A stretch of 64,000 nucleotides of DNA from an uncultured Bacteroidales bacterium (GCA_902801475.1 CADCIO010000004.1:13784-77783); one strand, 5' to 3'. Counted from the first letter of the stretch, positions 35,274 to 44,651 are shown. Notes: generated by a model from the letters alone, not told the origin. Numbers and translations: made by a program.

Positions 35274-35349
35274 GGTGCCATAGCTCAGTTGGTAGAGCAT
35301 CGGACTGAAAATCCGTGTGTCCCCGGTTCGAATCCTGGTGGTACCACCA
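35274..35349 (+). tRNA. tRNA-Phe (anticodon GAA)
   Basis: 76 nt with CCA encoded: acceptor GGTGCCA/TGGTACC, anticodon loop CTGAAAA, T arm CCCGG-TTCGAAT-CCTGG. It has its own -7 box at 35245-35252 and a terminator at 35354-35397. Confidence 0.9.
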
Positions 35350-35353
35350 ATAA

Positions 35354-35397
35354 AGACTTCTGACAAACAAAAAGTTTCGTCAGAAGTCTCTTTTTTT
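35354..35397 (+). terminator. intrinsic terminator after tRNA-Phe
   Basis: AGACTTCTGAC ... GTCAGAAGTCT (11 bp) followed by C and TTTTTTT. Confidence 0.8.
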
Positions 35398-35461
35398 ACC
35401 CTTTTTACAGCCATTATTAAAAAAATCCGCAAAAAAACTTTTCGTTTCGAACTATTATTAC

Positions 35462-35469
35462 TACTTTTG
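35462..35469 (+). promoter_or_regulatory. -7 box TACTTTTG (SSS transporter)
   Basis: TAnnTTTG 48 nt upstream of the ATG. Confidence 0.5.
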
Positions 35470-35516
35470 CAAATCATCATATTCATACTTGTATCAAAAC
35501 TCATACATCTATCATT

Positions 35517-37469
35517 ATGAACACACAAATAGGTCTTACAGAGGCGTTGGGTCAGAGCGGACTGGAATCCATCGACTACGTCATACTTTTCACCTACCTC
35601 GTCATGCTCATCTGCCTTGGCGTCTTTCTCAGCTATAACAGAGAAACGAAAAGTACCAACGACTATTTTCTGGCAGGCAACACGCTGACATGGTGGGCCG
35701 TCGGTGCATCCCTCATTGCGGCCAACATCTCCGCAGAGCAGCTTATTGGTATGGCAGGTACGGGCTATGCTGACGGCATTGCAATTGCCGCCTACGAAAT
35801 CATGGCTGCCGTCGCCCTCGTTATCATTGGCAAGTTCATGCTCCCCATCATGATGGAACAGAGATTCTTCTCCATGCCACAGTTCCTGCGGAACCGCTAT
35901 ACCAACGGCGTGGGACTTTCTTTCTCCATCCTGTGGCTCTTTCTCTATATTTTCGTCAACCTCACCTCAGTGGCGTGGCTGGGTGCTCTTGCTATTGAAC
36001 AGATCATGGGATTTCAGGGGCTCGCCGTCTCAATAGGAGGATTGGAATTCTCTGCGCGTCTAATCATCATCATCGCCCTTTTCGCCATTGCTGGCCTCTA
36101 CTCCATCCACGGAGGTATGACATCTGTAGCATGGACCGATGTGATGCAAGTCGTATTCATCATCGGCGGTGGACTTGCCACCGCCTATTATGCCATAGGA
36201 GCTTTAGCAGGCGACGATGGTACCATTTCTGAAGGATGGAACAGACTGCTCAACTTCGCCATAGACCGCGAATACGCTAAAGACACCCACTTTCACCTCA
36301 TCATTCAGGAAAGCCATAATGCAGCAGCATACGACAATGTGCCTGGTATCGCTGCTGTCGTAGGTGGTATCTGGCTGACCAACCTTTCCTACTGGGGCTT
36401 CAACCAATACATCACCCAGAAGGGACTTGCCGCCTATAGCATTCATGAAGCACAGAAAGGCTTTATGTTTGCCGCCTTACTAAAAATGATCATCCCATTC
36501 ATCGTCTTGATTCCGGGTCTTTGTGCTTTCTACATCACACAATACGGCGACACAACCCTGCAAAATTCCATTCATGTGTCGGATGAAGCTTATCCTTGGT
36601 TCCTCAAGAATTTCATCCCCACTGGTATCAAGGGACTGGGTTTTGTGGCACTTGTTGCGGCAGTCGTGTCCTCGTTGGCATCGATGCTCAACAGTACTTC
36701 CACCATTTTTACCATCGACATCTATCGAAAATACATCAATCCAGATGCCTCAGACAAGAGGTTAGTGAACGTAGGACGAGCATCAGCCATCGTTGCACTT
36801 CTCCTCGCACTCGTCTCAGCCACACCATTGCTTGGCGAACTTGACCAAGCATTCCTATATATCCAGGAGTATTCGGGTTTCCTCTATCCAGGCATCACCA
36901 TCGTGTTCGGACTTGGACTTCTTTGGAAACGTGCTTCCAAGACTGCTGCCATCTGGATTACAATTCTCACCATTCCAATTGGAATCCTCTTCAAGTTACT
37001 CCTCCCTCATGTCGCCTTCATCTTCCGTGAAGGATACGTCTCCATGATTCTTTTGGTGCTGTTTATCACGATTTCCTTGTGCAGCCAGAAGACTCAGCCA
37101 AGTCAAAGCATCCCGAAACTGGGACGAGATATCATGAGAAAGTGGAGTTACATTTTGGGTGTCATAGCTGTCGTTTTAATTATCGCAGCCACCATTGTCT
37201 GCGTCGGTTATCTGCTGTTACCAGCAGAAGCCACACCTGAGAACAATCTCATCGCTTACCTCAATGACATCGGATTCCAGGCCTTCTTCTTCTTTGGCTG
37301 CTTAGTAGGTGCATGTGCCATCTTGTTGTTTACCAATGCCAAAAGTCCCAAGGAAGACACCAAGGCACTTTCCATTAACCTGGCTCTCTTCTCCACCACA
37401 CGAGGATATACTTATGGCGCCATTATTGTCTGCGCCATATCACTCATTATGTATATTGTTTTGTGGTAA
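35517..37469 (+). CDS. sodium:solute symporter (SSS) family transporter with additional C-terminal TM segments
   Basis: 650 aa. 'DYFLAGNTLTWWAVGASLIAANISAEQLIGMAG' is a typical SSS N-terminus. The protein has many TM segments. Confidence 0.85.
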   Translation: MNTQIGLTEALGQSGLESIDYVILFTYLVMLICLGVFLSYNRETKSTNDYFLAGNTLTWWAVGASLIAANISAEQLIGMAGTGYADGIAIAAYEIMAAVALVIIGKFMLPIMMEQRFFSMPQFLRNRYTNGVGLSFSILWLFLYIFVNLTSVAWLGALAIEQIMGFQGLAVSIGGLEFSARLIIIIALFAIAGLYSIHGGMTSVAWTDVMQVVFIIGGGLATAYYAIGALAGDDGTISEGWNRLLNFAIDREYAKDTHFHLIIQESHNAAAYDNVPGIAAVVGGIWLTNLSYWGFNQYITQKGLAAYSIHEAQKGFMFAALLKMIIPFIVLIPGLCAFYITQYGDTTLQNSIHVSDEAYPWFLKNFIPTGIKGLGFVALVAAVVSSLASMLNSTSTIFTIDIYRKYINPDASDKRLVNVGRASAIVALLLALVSATPLLGELDQAFLYIQEYSGFLYPGITIVFGLGLLWKRASKTAAIWITILTIPIGILFKLLLPHVAFIFREGYVSMILLVLFITISLCSQKTQPSQSIPKLGRDIMRKWSYILGVIAVVLIIAATIVCVGYLLLPAEATPENNLIAYLNDIGFQAFFFFGCLVGACAILLFTNAKSPKEDTKALSINLALFSTTRGYTYGAIIVCAISLIMYIVLW

Positions 37470-37485
37470 GGCTGTCAAAACATAA

Positions 37486-37525
37486 GCATGGGGTGAAACA
37501 TCTGTATCAAGGTTTCACCCCATGC
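37486..37525. terminator. bidirectional hairpin between the convergent SSS transporter and maoC genes
   Basis: GCATGGGGTGAAAC, a 12-nt loop, then GTTTCACCCCATGC (14-bp perfect stem). Confidence 0.7.
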
Positions 37526-37545
37526 CTTTATTATAAATGTATATA

Positions 37546-38010
37546 CTATTCAAAATAGTACAAGAAGGTAGCAAGACCTTCCAGCGCCTGCTTCTTCTGG
37601 TTCTCAATCTCCAACTTAAACTTGATTTGTGCCTTACAGATACCACGGATGTTTGCGATTTCGTGCAATGAGGCCGTGAGGCGTACACGCTGACCAGCCA
37701 AAACAGGCTGACCGAACTTCATCTGATCCATACCGTAGTTGACCAGCATCTTCACATTGTTCACCTGAATCAGCTCCTGCCACAAGTGAGGGAGAAGAGA
37801 CAGTGTCAGATAACCATGAGCAATGGTTGACTTGTAAGGACTTTCCACTTTAGCACGTTCTGGATCCACATGAATCCACTGGTGATCAATCGTGGCATCG
37901 GCAAAGAGGTTAATACGCTCCTGCGAAATCTCAAGCCACTCACTCGTACCTATTACTTCGCCCAGATGTGAGGCAAACTCATCATATGAATTGACAACAA
38001 GCTTTTCCAT
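37546..38010 (-). CDS. MaoC-family (R-specific) dehydratase
   Basis: The start was set at 'MEKLVVNSYDEF' because a -7 box at 38038-38045 lies inside the longer ORF. 'FADATIDHQWIHVDPERAK...TIAHGYLTLSLL' is a hot-dog-fold motif. Confidence 0.8.
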   Translation of the reverse strand: MEKLVVNSYDEFASHLGEVIGTSEWLEISQERINLFADATIDHQWIHVDPERAKVESPYKSTIAHGYLTLSLLPHLWQELIQVNNVKMLVNYGMDQMKFGQPVLAGQRVRLTASLHEIANIRGICKAQIKFKLEIENQKKQALEGLATFLYYFE

Positions 38011-38037
38011 ATACTTACACTTTTTGCTTTCAGGGTG

Positions 38038-38045
38038 CAAAGGTA
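38038..38045 (-). promoter_or_regulatory. -7 box TACCTTTG (maoC-like gene)
   Basis: TAnnTTTG on the minus strand, 28 nt upstream of the ATG at 38010. Confidence 0.5.
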
Positions 38046-38125
38046 GGGAAAAAAAATGAAAAGAGAACAAAGAAAAGACAAAAAAGAGAGAATTGCCGTG
38101 CAATTCCCTCCTTTGCTTCATCCAA

Positions 38126-38503
38126 TTAAGCTTCAGCCTTCTTACCTGTGAGCTTTTCCTTGATGCGAGCCTTCTTACCTGTGAGCTTGCGCAGGTAGTA
38201 AAGCTTAGCGCGACGCACCTTACCTACCTTGTTCACTTCGATAGAATCAATGTTAGGTGAGTTGAGTGGGAAAATACGCTCCACACCTACGGTGCCAGAC
38301 ATCTTGCGAACAGTAAAGCGCTTCTTGTCCTGATGGCCTGCAATCTTAATGACTACACCACGATACAACTGAATACGCTCTTTCGTACCCTCGATAATCT
38401 TGTAAGCTACTGTTACAGTATCACCTGCCTTGAACTCAGGGAACTGCTTTGGCTCAGAGGTCTGCATAGCCTCTTCAGCCACTTTAATTAAATCTACTGC
38501 CAT
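38126..38503 (-). CDS. rplS: 50S ribosomal protein L19, with a duplicated C-terminal KLTGKKA segment
   Basis: 125 aa with '[31 protein letters not shown]...[18 protein letters not shown]'. Confidence 0.93.
   Translation of the reverse strand: MAVDLIKVAEEAMQTSEPKQFPEFKAGDTVTVAYKIIEGTKERIQLYRGVVIKIAGHQDKKRFTVRKMSGTVGVERIFPLNSPNIDSIEVNKVGKVRRAKLYYLRKLTGKKARIKEKLTGKKAEA
38136..38188. repeat. 20-nt direct repeat GCCTTCTTACCTGTGAGCTT x2 (33-bp period) in the 3' end of rplS
   Basis: Copies at 38136-38155 and 38169-38188. They encode the duplicated 'KLTGKKA' at the L19 C-terminus. Confidence 0.85.
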
Positions 38504-38628
38504 TTTGGTCTTTTATTGATAATTAAAGAGTTACAGCGAAGCATTCTCCTTTTCAGAACATCAGAACACCTTTGTTCCAAGTCCTTGGGCTCTCTCCCTA
38601 TCAGACAGCGGCTTCGCCAAAGCGGGTG

Positions 38629-38636
38629 CAAAGGTA
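38629..38636 (-). promoter_or_regulatory. -7 box TACCTTTG (rplS), giving a ~120-nt leader
   Basis: TAnnTTTG on the minus strand, 126 nt upstream of the rplS ATG. Confidence 0.5.
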
Positions 38637-38644
38637 GATAAAAT

Positions 38645-38764
38645 AATTGAGAATTGAAAATTGAGAATTGAAAAATTCACCATTCGGTACGTTTTTTCTG
38701 ACAGAAAGCACGTTGAACAGCCAATTTGTCAATTCCCAATTATCAATTATCCATCTTCAATTGC
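38645..38764. repeat. imperfect palindromic heptamer-array element between the GH97 stop and the rplS promoter
   Basis: The left arm is AATTGAG-AATTGAA-AATTGAG-AATTGAA-AAATT (38645-38677). The right arm is CAATTTGT-CAATTCC-CAATTAT-CAATTAT-CCATCTT-CAATTGC (38722-38764), whose reverse complement gives AATTGA-type words. Confidence 0.75.
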
Positions 38765-38766
38765 CA

Positions 38767-40704
38767 TTATTTATTCACAATCACCAGACCGCCATTCGTT
38801 GGAATCGTGACAGCGATTTGCTTCTTGGCCTTGACAGTGGTAAGACTGCCATTGAGTTGGGCATCGTCGCTATACATCATCAGTTTAGCACCTTTTCCAT
38901 ACATGCTAAGGTCGATGTTTGTTTTCAGTGGCTCCTTGCTTGCGTTGATACCTGCAATAAACCAATGATCGCCAGCACGACGAGCAATGATGGCATACTT
39001 GCCTGGATAACCATCGATGAACTTCACCTCATCCCAAGTGGTGGGCACATGCTTCATGAAATCAATCGCCCAATCAGGAGCATCAGTCAGGTTGTTGGGT
39101 GCGAGGGCGAAGTGCTGCACGGCACTCTGGAAGAGAACCGCTGTGGAGAGGGCATAAACATCAGAAGTGACGCGGTGTGTACCACGCTTGTTGTCTGCAC
39201 TATAGAACTTATTGAGTGTGGAACCACCAAAGTCCATGGAACCAACGGTGTTGCGGATGAAGGTGTGAAGGGTGGCATTGTGTGCCTCAGCATCGCAAGC
39301 GCCTTGTCCGAAGTGGAGATTCTCAGAGGCGAGAACGGCTTCACTGGCTGCATAGTTAGGGTACATACGTTCCCAACCACGAGGCAGGGTGCAACCATGG
39401 AAGATGACCAGAATGCCAAAATCGTTGGCGTCTGAAAGGATATCCTCATAGAGCTGCATCATGTTCTGCTTGTCACCACCAAAGAAATCGACCTTAATAC
39501 CACGGATGCCCACACGCTTCATCCATGCCATTTCTGCACGACGTTCACGACTCTTGTCCATCTTGCCAATAGGTGACTGAGGGGCATCGTTCCAAGAACC
39601 ATTGGAGTTGTACCAAAGGAAGAGACCCACACCCTTGGTCTTACCGTAGGCAGCCAATTCCGCAATTCTGTCATAACCAATTTGCTTGTCCCAAAGGGCA
39701 TCGATGAGTACAGTCTGATAACCCATCGCAGCAGAGAAGTCAATGTAGCGTTTCTGTTCATCGTAATTACAGCTGGCATCCATACCGATAATCCAGCTCC
39801 ACGAACCCTTACCATAGATATATTCCTGCGAAGCTTGGTACTTTGGAGCCACCAAGTCAAAAGGAACTGTGGTCTCCACGATAGGAGCCAAGGTCGTACC
39901 CAACGTGATAGTGCGCCAAGGCGTCTCACAAGGCAATGCTACAGAAGCAGAGGTGGATCCCCAACCGTTGCACTCACCTGGCTGTGGAAAACCAATCTTA
40001 TAGAGTCCACCATTCACATTGAGAAGTCGACTGGCCACATAGCCACCATCCACTCCAGTTTCGCTGATGAGCACCCAACCTTTGTCGCCAAAATGGAAAA
40101 GGCATGGGAAAGAATAGCCTTCACCCCAGCCGTTCTTGCCCATCTGGTCATCGTCGGTATAGGAAGTCTCATAACTGGGAGATGTACGGGCAAAACCACC
40201 CATAGGACGTGACTGAGGGCACATGAAAGTGGTCGTACCCTCTGGCAACTGAAAACCACTAGCTTCACTCTCAATCACACATACTTTTGTATCGCGCTGT
40301 GGTAAAATGCGATAGCGATAAGCCACGTCACGATTGCTCACACGGAAGATGACATCCATCACCTTCTTGCCCTTCTGTTCGAAGCTGCACACGGCCTCTA
40401 TCGCTTCATAATCGACATGACTCCGTTTGATGTTACGCAGGTCATAGGATTCCTTCACCTCATTCACTTCGCAACCCGCCAAAGTTAGGTCACTGGTATA
40501 GTTGCCGATGTTAGTGTTGACGCCCAGAGGTGAACTGCCAATAAATTCGGTGGTGCCCACATTGACACGATAGGTGGCCACCCCGTTCTGATCTTCCACC
40601 ACTACAGTCAGTTTTCCGTCAGGACTTGTAAAAGACTTCTCTGTCGCCCATGCCGACGACCACACACTTGCCAACGCAAGCATTCCCAAAATGATTTTCT
40701 TCAT
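38767..40704 (-). CDS. glycoside hydrolase family 97 (alpha-glucosidase/alpha-galactosidase-like)
   Basis: 645 aa with a signal peptide. 'IKVDFFGGDKQNMMQLYEDILSDANDFGILVIFHGCTLPRGWERMYPN' is a GH97-type catalytic-region pattern. Confidence 0.75.
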   Translation of the reverse strand: MKKIILGMLALASVWSSAWATEKSFTSPDGKLTVVVEDQNGVATYRVNVGTTEFIGSSPLGVNTNIGNYTSDLTLAGCEVNEVKESYDLRNIKRSHVDYEAIEAVCSFEQKGKKVMDVIFRVSNRDVAYRYRILPQRDTKVCVIESEASGFQLPEGTTTFMCPQSRPMGGFARTSPSYETSYTDDDQMGKNGWGEGYSFPCLFHFGDKGWVLISETGVDGGYVASRLLNVNGGLYKIGFPQPGECNGWGSTSASVALPCETPWRTITLGTTLAPIVETTVPFDLVAPKYQASQEYIYGKGSWSWIIGMDASCNYDEQKRYIDFSAAMGYQTVLIDALWDKQIGYDRIAELAAYGKTKGVGLFLWYNSNGSWNDAPQSPIGKMDKSRERRAEMAWMKRVGIRGIKVDFFGGDKQNMMQLYEDILSDANDFGILVIFHGCTLPRGWERMYPNYAASEAVLASENLHFGQGACDAEAHNATLHTFIRNTVGSMDFGGSTLNKFYSADNKRGTHRVTSDVYALSTAVLFQSAVQHFALAPNNLTDAPDWAIDFMKHVPTTWDEVKFIDGYPGKYAIIARRAGDHWFIAGINASKEPLKTNIDLSMYGKGAKLMMYSDDAQLNGSLTTVKAKKQIAVTIPTNGGLVIVNK

Positions 40705-40756
40705 GTTTGTTTTGTTATTTGGTTTGTTAGTTTGTTAGTGATTTAGTTTGTTCGCA
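40705..40756. repeat. G/T-rich word array (GTTTGTT / AGTTTGTT types), which is the A/C-rich 5' UTR of GH97 on the minus strand
   Basis: Read directly. It begins immediately next to the GH97 start codon. Confidence 0.7.
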
Positions 40757-40767
40757 GTTTCAAGGCA

Positions 40768-40775
40768 CAAAGGTA
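40768..40775 (-). promoter_or_regulatory. -7 box TACCTTTG (GH97)
   Basis: TAnnTTTG on the minus strand, 64 nt upstream of the ATG. The leader is an A/C-rich word array. Confidence 0.5.
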
Positions 40776-40884
40776 CGACATTTTTTCCATATATTCTTTA
40801 CATTCTGTTACACATTCTTTCGTTCATGTTACGGCAGCGAACAAAAATGATACGGGAAAGCAAATCTATCTGAATAATTTTTCC

Positions 40885-40892
40885 TAACTTTG
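40885..40892 (+). promoter_or_regulatory. -7 box TAACTTTG (uxuA operon)
   Basis: TAnnTTTG 73 nt upstream of the ATG. Confidence 0.5.
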
Positions 40893-40925
40893 CACCCAAC
40901 CAGCCTATGGGCTGGGCGATTCTTT

Positions 40926-40960
40926 AAACTCTAAACACTAAACTTTAAATTTTATAATAA
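40926..40960. repeat. heptamer array AAACTCT-AAACACT-AAACTTT-AAATTTT-ATAATAA in the uxuA 5' UTR
   Basis: Read directly. It ends 4 nt before the uxuA ATG. Confidence 0.75.
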
Positions 40961-40964
40961 AGAT

Positions 40965-42218
40965 ATGGAAAGAACATGGCGTTGGTTTGGCAAGAAAGAT
41001 AAGATTACACTTGCCCAGCTGAAACAGATTGGTGTGGAGGGCATCGTAACTGCCCTGCACGACGTACCTCTTGGCGAGGTGTGGACACGTGAGAAGATTC
41101 ATGATTTGAAGACGTACATTGAGAGTTATGGAATGCGTTGGAGCGTGGTTGAGAGTCTGCCTGTGGTGGAGACCATCAAGTATGGCGGTCCTGATCGTGA
41201 CCATCAGATTGAGGTCTATAAGGAAAGCCTGCGCAACCTCTCCGCTGAGGGCATCCACTGCATCTGCTACAACTTCATGCCTGTGCTCGACTGGGCACGT
41301 ACCGACCTATTGCATGAGAATCCTAATGGTTCCACTAATCTCTACTTCAACTATGCAGAGTTCGCTTATTTCGACATCTACATCCTGAAACGTGCTGGTG
41401 CTCGTGAGGAGTGGGCGAAGTTTGAGTTCCCTGCCGGTGTAGGTGCAGGTCGCAACGTGTTGGCTGAGTGCGATGAACTCGCAAAGACAATGACTCCAGA
41501 AAAGGATCACAAGCTTGTGGAGACCATCATCATTAAGACACAAGGCTTTGTATCTGGTAATTTCAGCGAAAACGACGAGGCTCCTATCCAGAAGTTCCGT
41601 GACTTCCTCGACCTCTATAAGGGTATTGACAAGGCACAGCTTCGTGCCAACATGAAGTACTTCCTCGAGGCTATCATGCCAACTTGCGAGGAGTATGGCA
41701 TGAACATGTGTGTTCACCCTGACGATCCACCTATCGAGGTGCTGGGTCTGCCACGCATCGTACGAACAAAAGAGGATATCGAGTGGTTCCTCAATGCTGT
41801 GCCCAACAAGCACAACGGACTCACCTTCTGTGCAGGCTCCCTCTCAGCTGGTGCCTACAACAACGTGGTGGAGATGGCAAAGAAGTTCGCATCACGCACC
41901 CACTTCGTACATCTCCGTTCGTGCCACATCTTCCCCAATGGCGACTTCACAGAAGCATCTCACTTGGGTGGCCGTGCAGACCTCATCGAACTCTGCCGCA
42001 TTTTCGAGCAAGAGAACCCACAACTGCCCATGCGTGTTGACCACGGCATGACCTTCACAGACGAGCCTGGTGGCATCTTCGATGAGAGCAACCACGGTCA
42101 CAACTCTGGATACACTCTCCTCGGACGTATGTTCGCTATGGGTCAGGTACAGGGTATCCTCGCCACTGTGGATAGAGAATTGGGAATTGAATACAAACAA
42201 CCAGGATTCTTTGATTAA
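40965..42218 (+). CDS. uxuA: mannonate dehydratase
   Basis: 417 aa with the N-terminus 'MERTWRWFGKKDKITLAQLKQIGVEGIVTALHD', typical of UxuA. Confidence 0.9.
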   Translation: MERTWRWFGKKDKITLAQLKQIGVEGIVTALHDVPLGEVWTREKIHDLKTYIESYGMRWSVVESLPVVETIKYGGPDRDHQIEVYKESLRNLSAEGIHCICYNFMPVLDWARTDLLHENPNGSTNLYFNYAEFAYFDIYILKRAGAREEWAKFEFPAGVGAGRNVLAECDELAKTMTPEKDHKLVETIIIKTQGFVSGNFSENDEAPIQKFRDFLDLYKGIDKAQLRANMKYFLEAIMPTCEEYGMNMCVHPDDPPIEVLGLPRIVRTKEDIEWFLNAVPNKHNGLTFCAGSLSAGAYNNVVEMAKKFASRTHFVHLRSCHIFPNGDFTEASHLGGRADLIELCRIFEQENPQLPMRVDHGMTFTDEPGGIFDESNHGHNSGYTLLGRMFAMGQVQGILATVDRELGIEYKQPGFFD

Positions 42219-42221
42219 AAA

Positions 42222-43808
42222 ATGAAACTCAACGATATTTTCTCGGGCAACTTTAATGCCGCAGAGTGGGAAGCCAAAGGCTATCAGCTTCCCAAGTTTG
42301 ACATAGCAGCAGTGCGTCAGAAGACACATGACAACCCCACATGGGTACATTTTGGTGGAGGCAACATCTTCCGTGCCTTCCCTGCAGCCATCCTCAACGA
42401 TGCCCTCAATACAGGTAAGTATGACAAAGGTGTGATTGTGGCAGAAACCTTCGACTTCGAAGTGGTCGATAAGGCATACGCGCCTTACAATAACCTTTCT
42501 CTCTTGGTGTCTCTCCAATCTACAGGCACCATCGAGAAGAAGGTCATCGCTTCTGTCACTGAGGCACTCAAGGCTGACTACCAATTTGCTGACTGGCAGC
42601 GCCTTGTGGAGATTTTCAAGAGCCCATCCCTCCAGATGATTTCCTTCACTATCACAGAGAAGGGATACACCTACAACGATGCAGACCTCGCACGTGGTCT
42701 CACTCCAGTCTTCGCCATGGGTAAGGTATGTGCCTTGCTCTTAGAGCGCTTCAATGCCGGTCAGCTATCACTCACCGTCCAATCTATGGACAACTGTTCC
42801 CACAATGGTGATAAGGTGAAGGCAGGCGTCTTCGCATACGCAGAGAAGTGGGTGGCTAATGGACTCGTACCTGCTGCCTTCCTCGACTATCTGAAGGACG
42901 AGACAAAGATCACCTTCCCCTGGTCGATGATTGACAAGATCACTCCCCGTCCACACGAGAAGGTGAAGGAGATGCTGGCTGCCGATGGTTTTGAAGACAA
43001 CGACTACATCGAGACAGAGAAGCACACGTTCACTGCTCCTTTCGTGAATGCAGAAGAGGTACAGTATCTGGTCATCGAGGACAACTACACCAATGGTCGC
43101 CCCCCACTCGACCTTGGCGGCGCACTCTACACCACCCGTGAAACGGTGGACAAGGTGGAGACCATGAAGGTGACCACTTGTCTCAATCCGCTCCACACAG
43201 CGATGTCCATCTATGGTTGCATGTTGGGTTACACCCTCATCTCTGCAGAGATGGCTGACGATGACCTTCGCAGCTTCATCCAGAAGATTGGCTATATGGA
43301 AGCCATGCCTGTGGTGACTGATCCGGGTGTGCTCAACCCATACGAATTCATTGGTGCCGTCATCAACCGCCGTCTGCCTAATCCTTTCATGCCTGACGCG
43401 CCTCAGCGCATCGCGATGGACACCAGTCAGAAGCTTCCTATCCGCTTTGGTGAGACCATCAAGAAATACTTGGCACGTGGACTCGACAAGAGCAACCTCG
43501 TGCTCATCCCACTCACCCTCGCAGGCTATGCACGCTACCTCAAGGGCATCAAGGATGATGGCACCCCCTTCGAGCCTTCACCCGACCCCATGCTGGCAGA
43601 GTTACAAGCTATCGTCGCTCCCCTCGAAGTGGGCAAAGCAGACCAAGACTACAGCTGTTTGAAGTCTCTCTACAGCCGTGCCGACGTCTTTGGTGTCAAC
43701 CTTTATGATGCTGGTCTTGGCGAACAGATTGAAGGCATGGTCAAGGAACTCTACGCTGGCAATGGTGCCGTACGCAAGACATTGCACAAGTATGTGGCAG
43801 CACGTTAA
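42222..43808 (+). CDS. mannitol dehydrogenase family oxidoreductase (fructuronate/tagaturonate reductase-like)
   Basis: 528 aa with the dinucleotide-binding N-terminus 'WVHFGGGNIFRAF'. It starts 3 nt after uxuA. Confidence 0.75.
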   Translation: MKLNDIFSGNFNAAEWEAKGYQLPKFDIAAVRQKTHDNPTWVHFGGGNIFRAFPAAILNDALNTGKYDKGVIVAETFDFEVVDKAYAPYNNLSLLVSLQSTGTIEKKVIASVTEALKADYQFADWQRLVEIFKSPSLQMISFTITEKGYTYNDADLARGLTPVFAMGKVCALLLERFNAGQLSLTVQSMDNCSHNGDKVKAGVFAYAEKWVANGLVPAAFLDYLKDETKITFPWSMIDKITPRPHEKVKEMLAADGFEDNDYIETEKHTFTAPFVNAEEVQYLVIEDNYTNGRPPLDLGGALYTTRETVDKVETMKVTTCLNPLHTAMSIYGCMLGYTLISAEMADDDLRSFIQKIGYMEAMPVVTDPGVLNPYEFIGAVINRRLPNPFMPDAPQRIAMDTSQKLPIRFGETIKKYLARGLDKSNLVLIPLTLAGYARYLKGIKDDGTPFEPSPDPMLAELQAIVAPLEVGKADQDYSCLKSLYSRADVFGVNLYDAGLGEQIEGMVKELYAGNGAVRKTLHKYVAAR

Positions 43809-43860
43809 CTAGCTCACTCAATAGACAAATTTCTTAGTCCATAACTAATCTATAACCAAG

Positions 43861-43895
43861 AGGAGGGTGTGTCAACTGGCACATCCTCCTTTTTG
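43861..43895 (+). terminator. intrinsic terminator after the uxu operon (convergent with recO)
   Basis: AGGAGGGTGTG, an 8-nt loop, CACATCCTCCT, then TTTTG. Confidence 0.75.
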
Positions 43896-43898
43896 TGA

Positions 43899-44624
43899 TC
43901 AGGAATAAAACTCCTGCAAGACCTCTAAAGATTTCAGTTCTGGGAAGTTAGGGACATGCAGTCGGTAATACTCATTGAGCACCTGTAGGATGCGCATCCG
44001 TTCCTGACGTGAAAAGCGGAAGATATGCAGAGTCGGATAATCCATGCGGAAGAGCACAGGCAGAGCTTGTGCCTCCTGACGTCGTAGGAAATGGGCATGA
44101 GGGGGTTGACGGTCGCAATAAGAACCCGCCAAGAGGTCGAAATAATGATCTGGGCGTTCCAGATTGGGATAAATACCCATGAAACGGCTGAGGTGCATCA
44201 GAAAAGCAAGGTGGAAATTCGCCATCGCATCAGCCGATTCCACCATATCGAGCCACTGAAGAGAGGATTCGATATAGCGATACAGAGACGGATTCTCCTT
44301 TTCCTCCCGCAAAGCAGCACTTAGAAACTCCGCAAGAAAAAGGGCAAGCGTCGATTTAACAGGCGAGAATGGGAGGTCTGTATAATTATAATAGGTACGC
44401 ACGTCATTGGGACGGGGCAACTTCCCCCCATTCGGCCTCAACTCCACACTGAACTCCACCATCGACAAAGGTTGCCAAAACGACACATTACGTACACTCC
44501 GTTTCGTACGCGAAGTGGATGCCATGAACGACAAACGCCCACGTCCCTCCGTGAAGAGGTCAACAATCATCGAATTGTCACCATACTTCACTGTCCGCAA
44601 CACAATCCCACGAAGTGTTTCCAT
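43899..44624 (-). CDS. recO: DNA repair protein RecO
   Basis: 241 aa with a RecO-type OB-fold N-terminus 'LRGIVLRTVKYGDNSMIVDLFTEGRGRLSF'. Confidence 0.85.
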   Translation of the reverse strand: METLRGIVLRTVKYGDNSMIVDLFTEGRGRLSFMASTSRTKRSVRNVSFWQPLSMVEFSVELRPNGGKLPRPNDVRTYYNYTDLPFSPVKSTLALFLAEFLSAALREEKENPSLYRYIESSLQWLDMVESADAMANFHLAFLMHLSRFMGIYPNLERPDHYFDLLAGSYCDRQPPHAHFLRRQEAQALPVLFRMDYPTLHIFRFSRQERMRILQVLNEYYRLHVPNFPELKSLEVLQEFYS

Positions 44625-44651
44625 TGTTTAAATTTAAATTAGAACAGGCAG

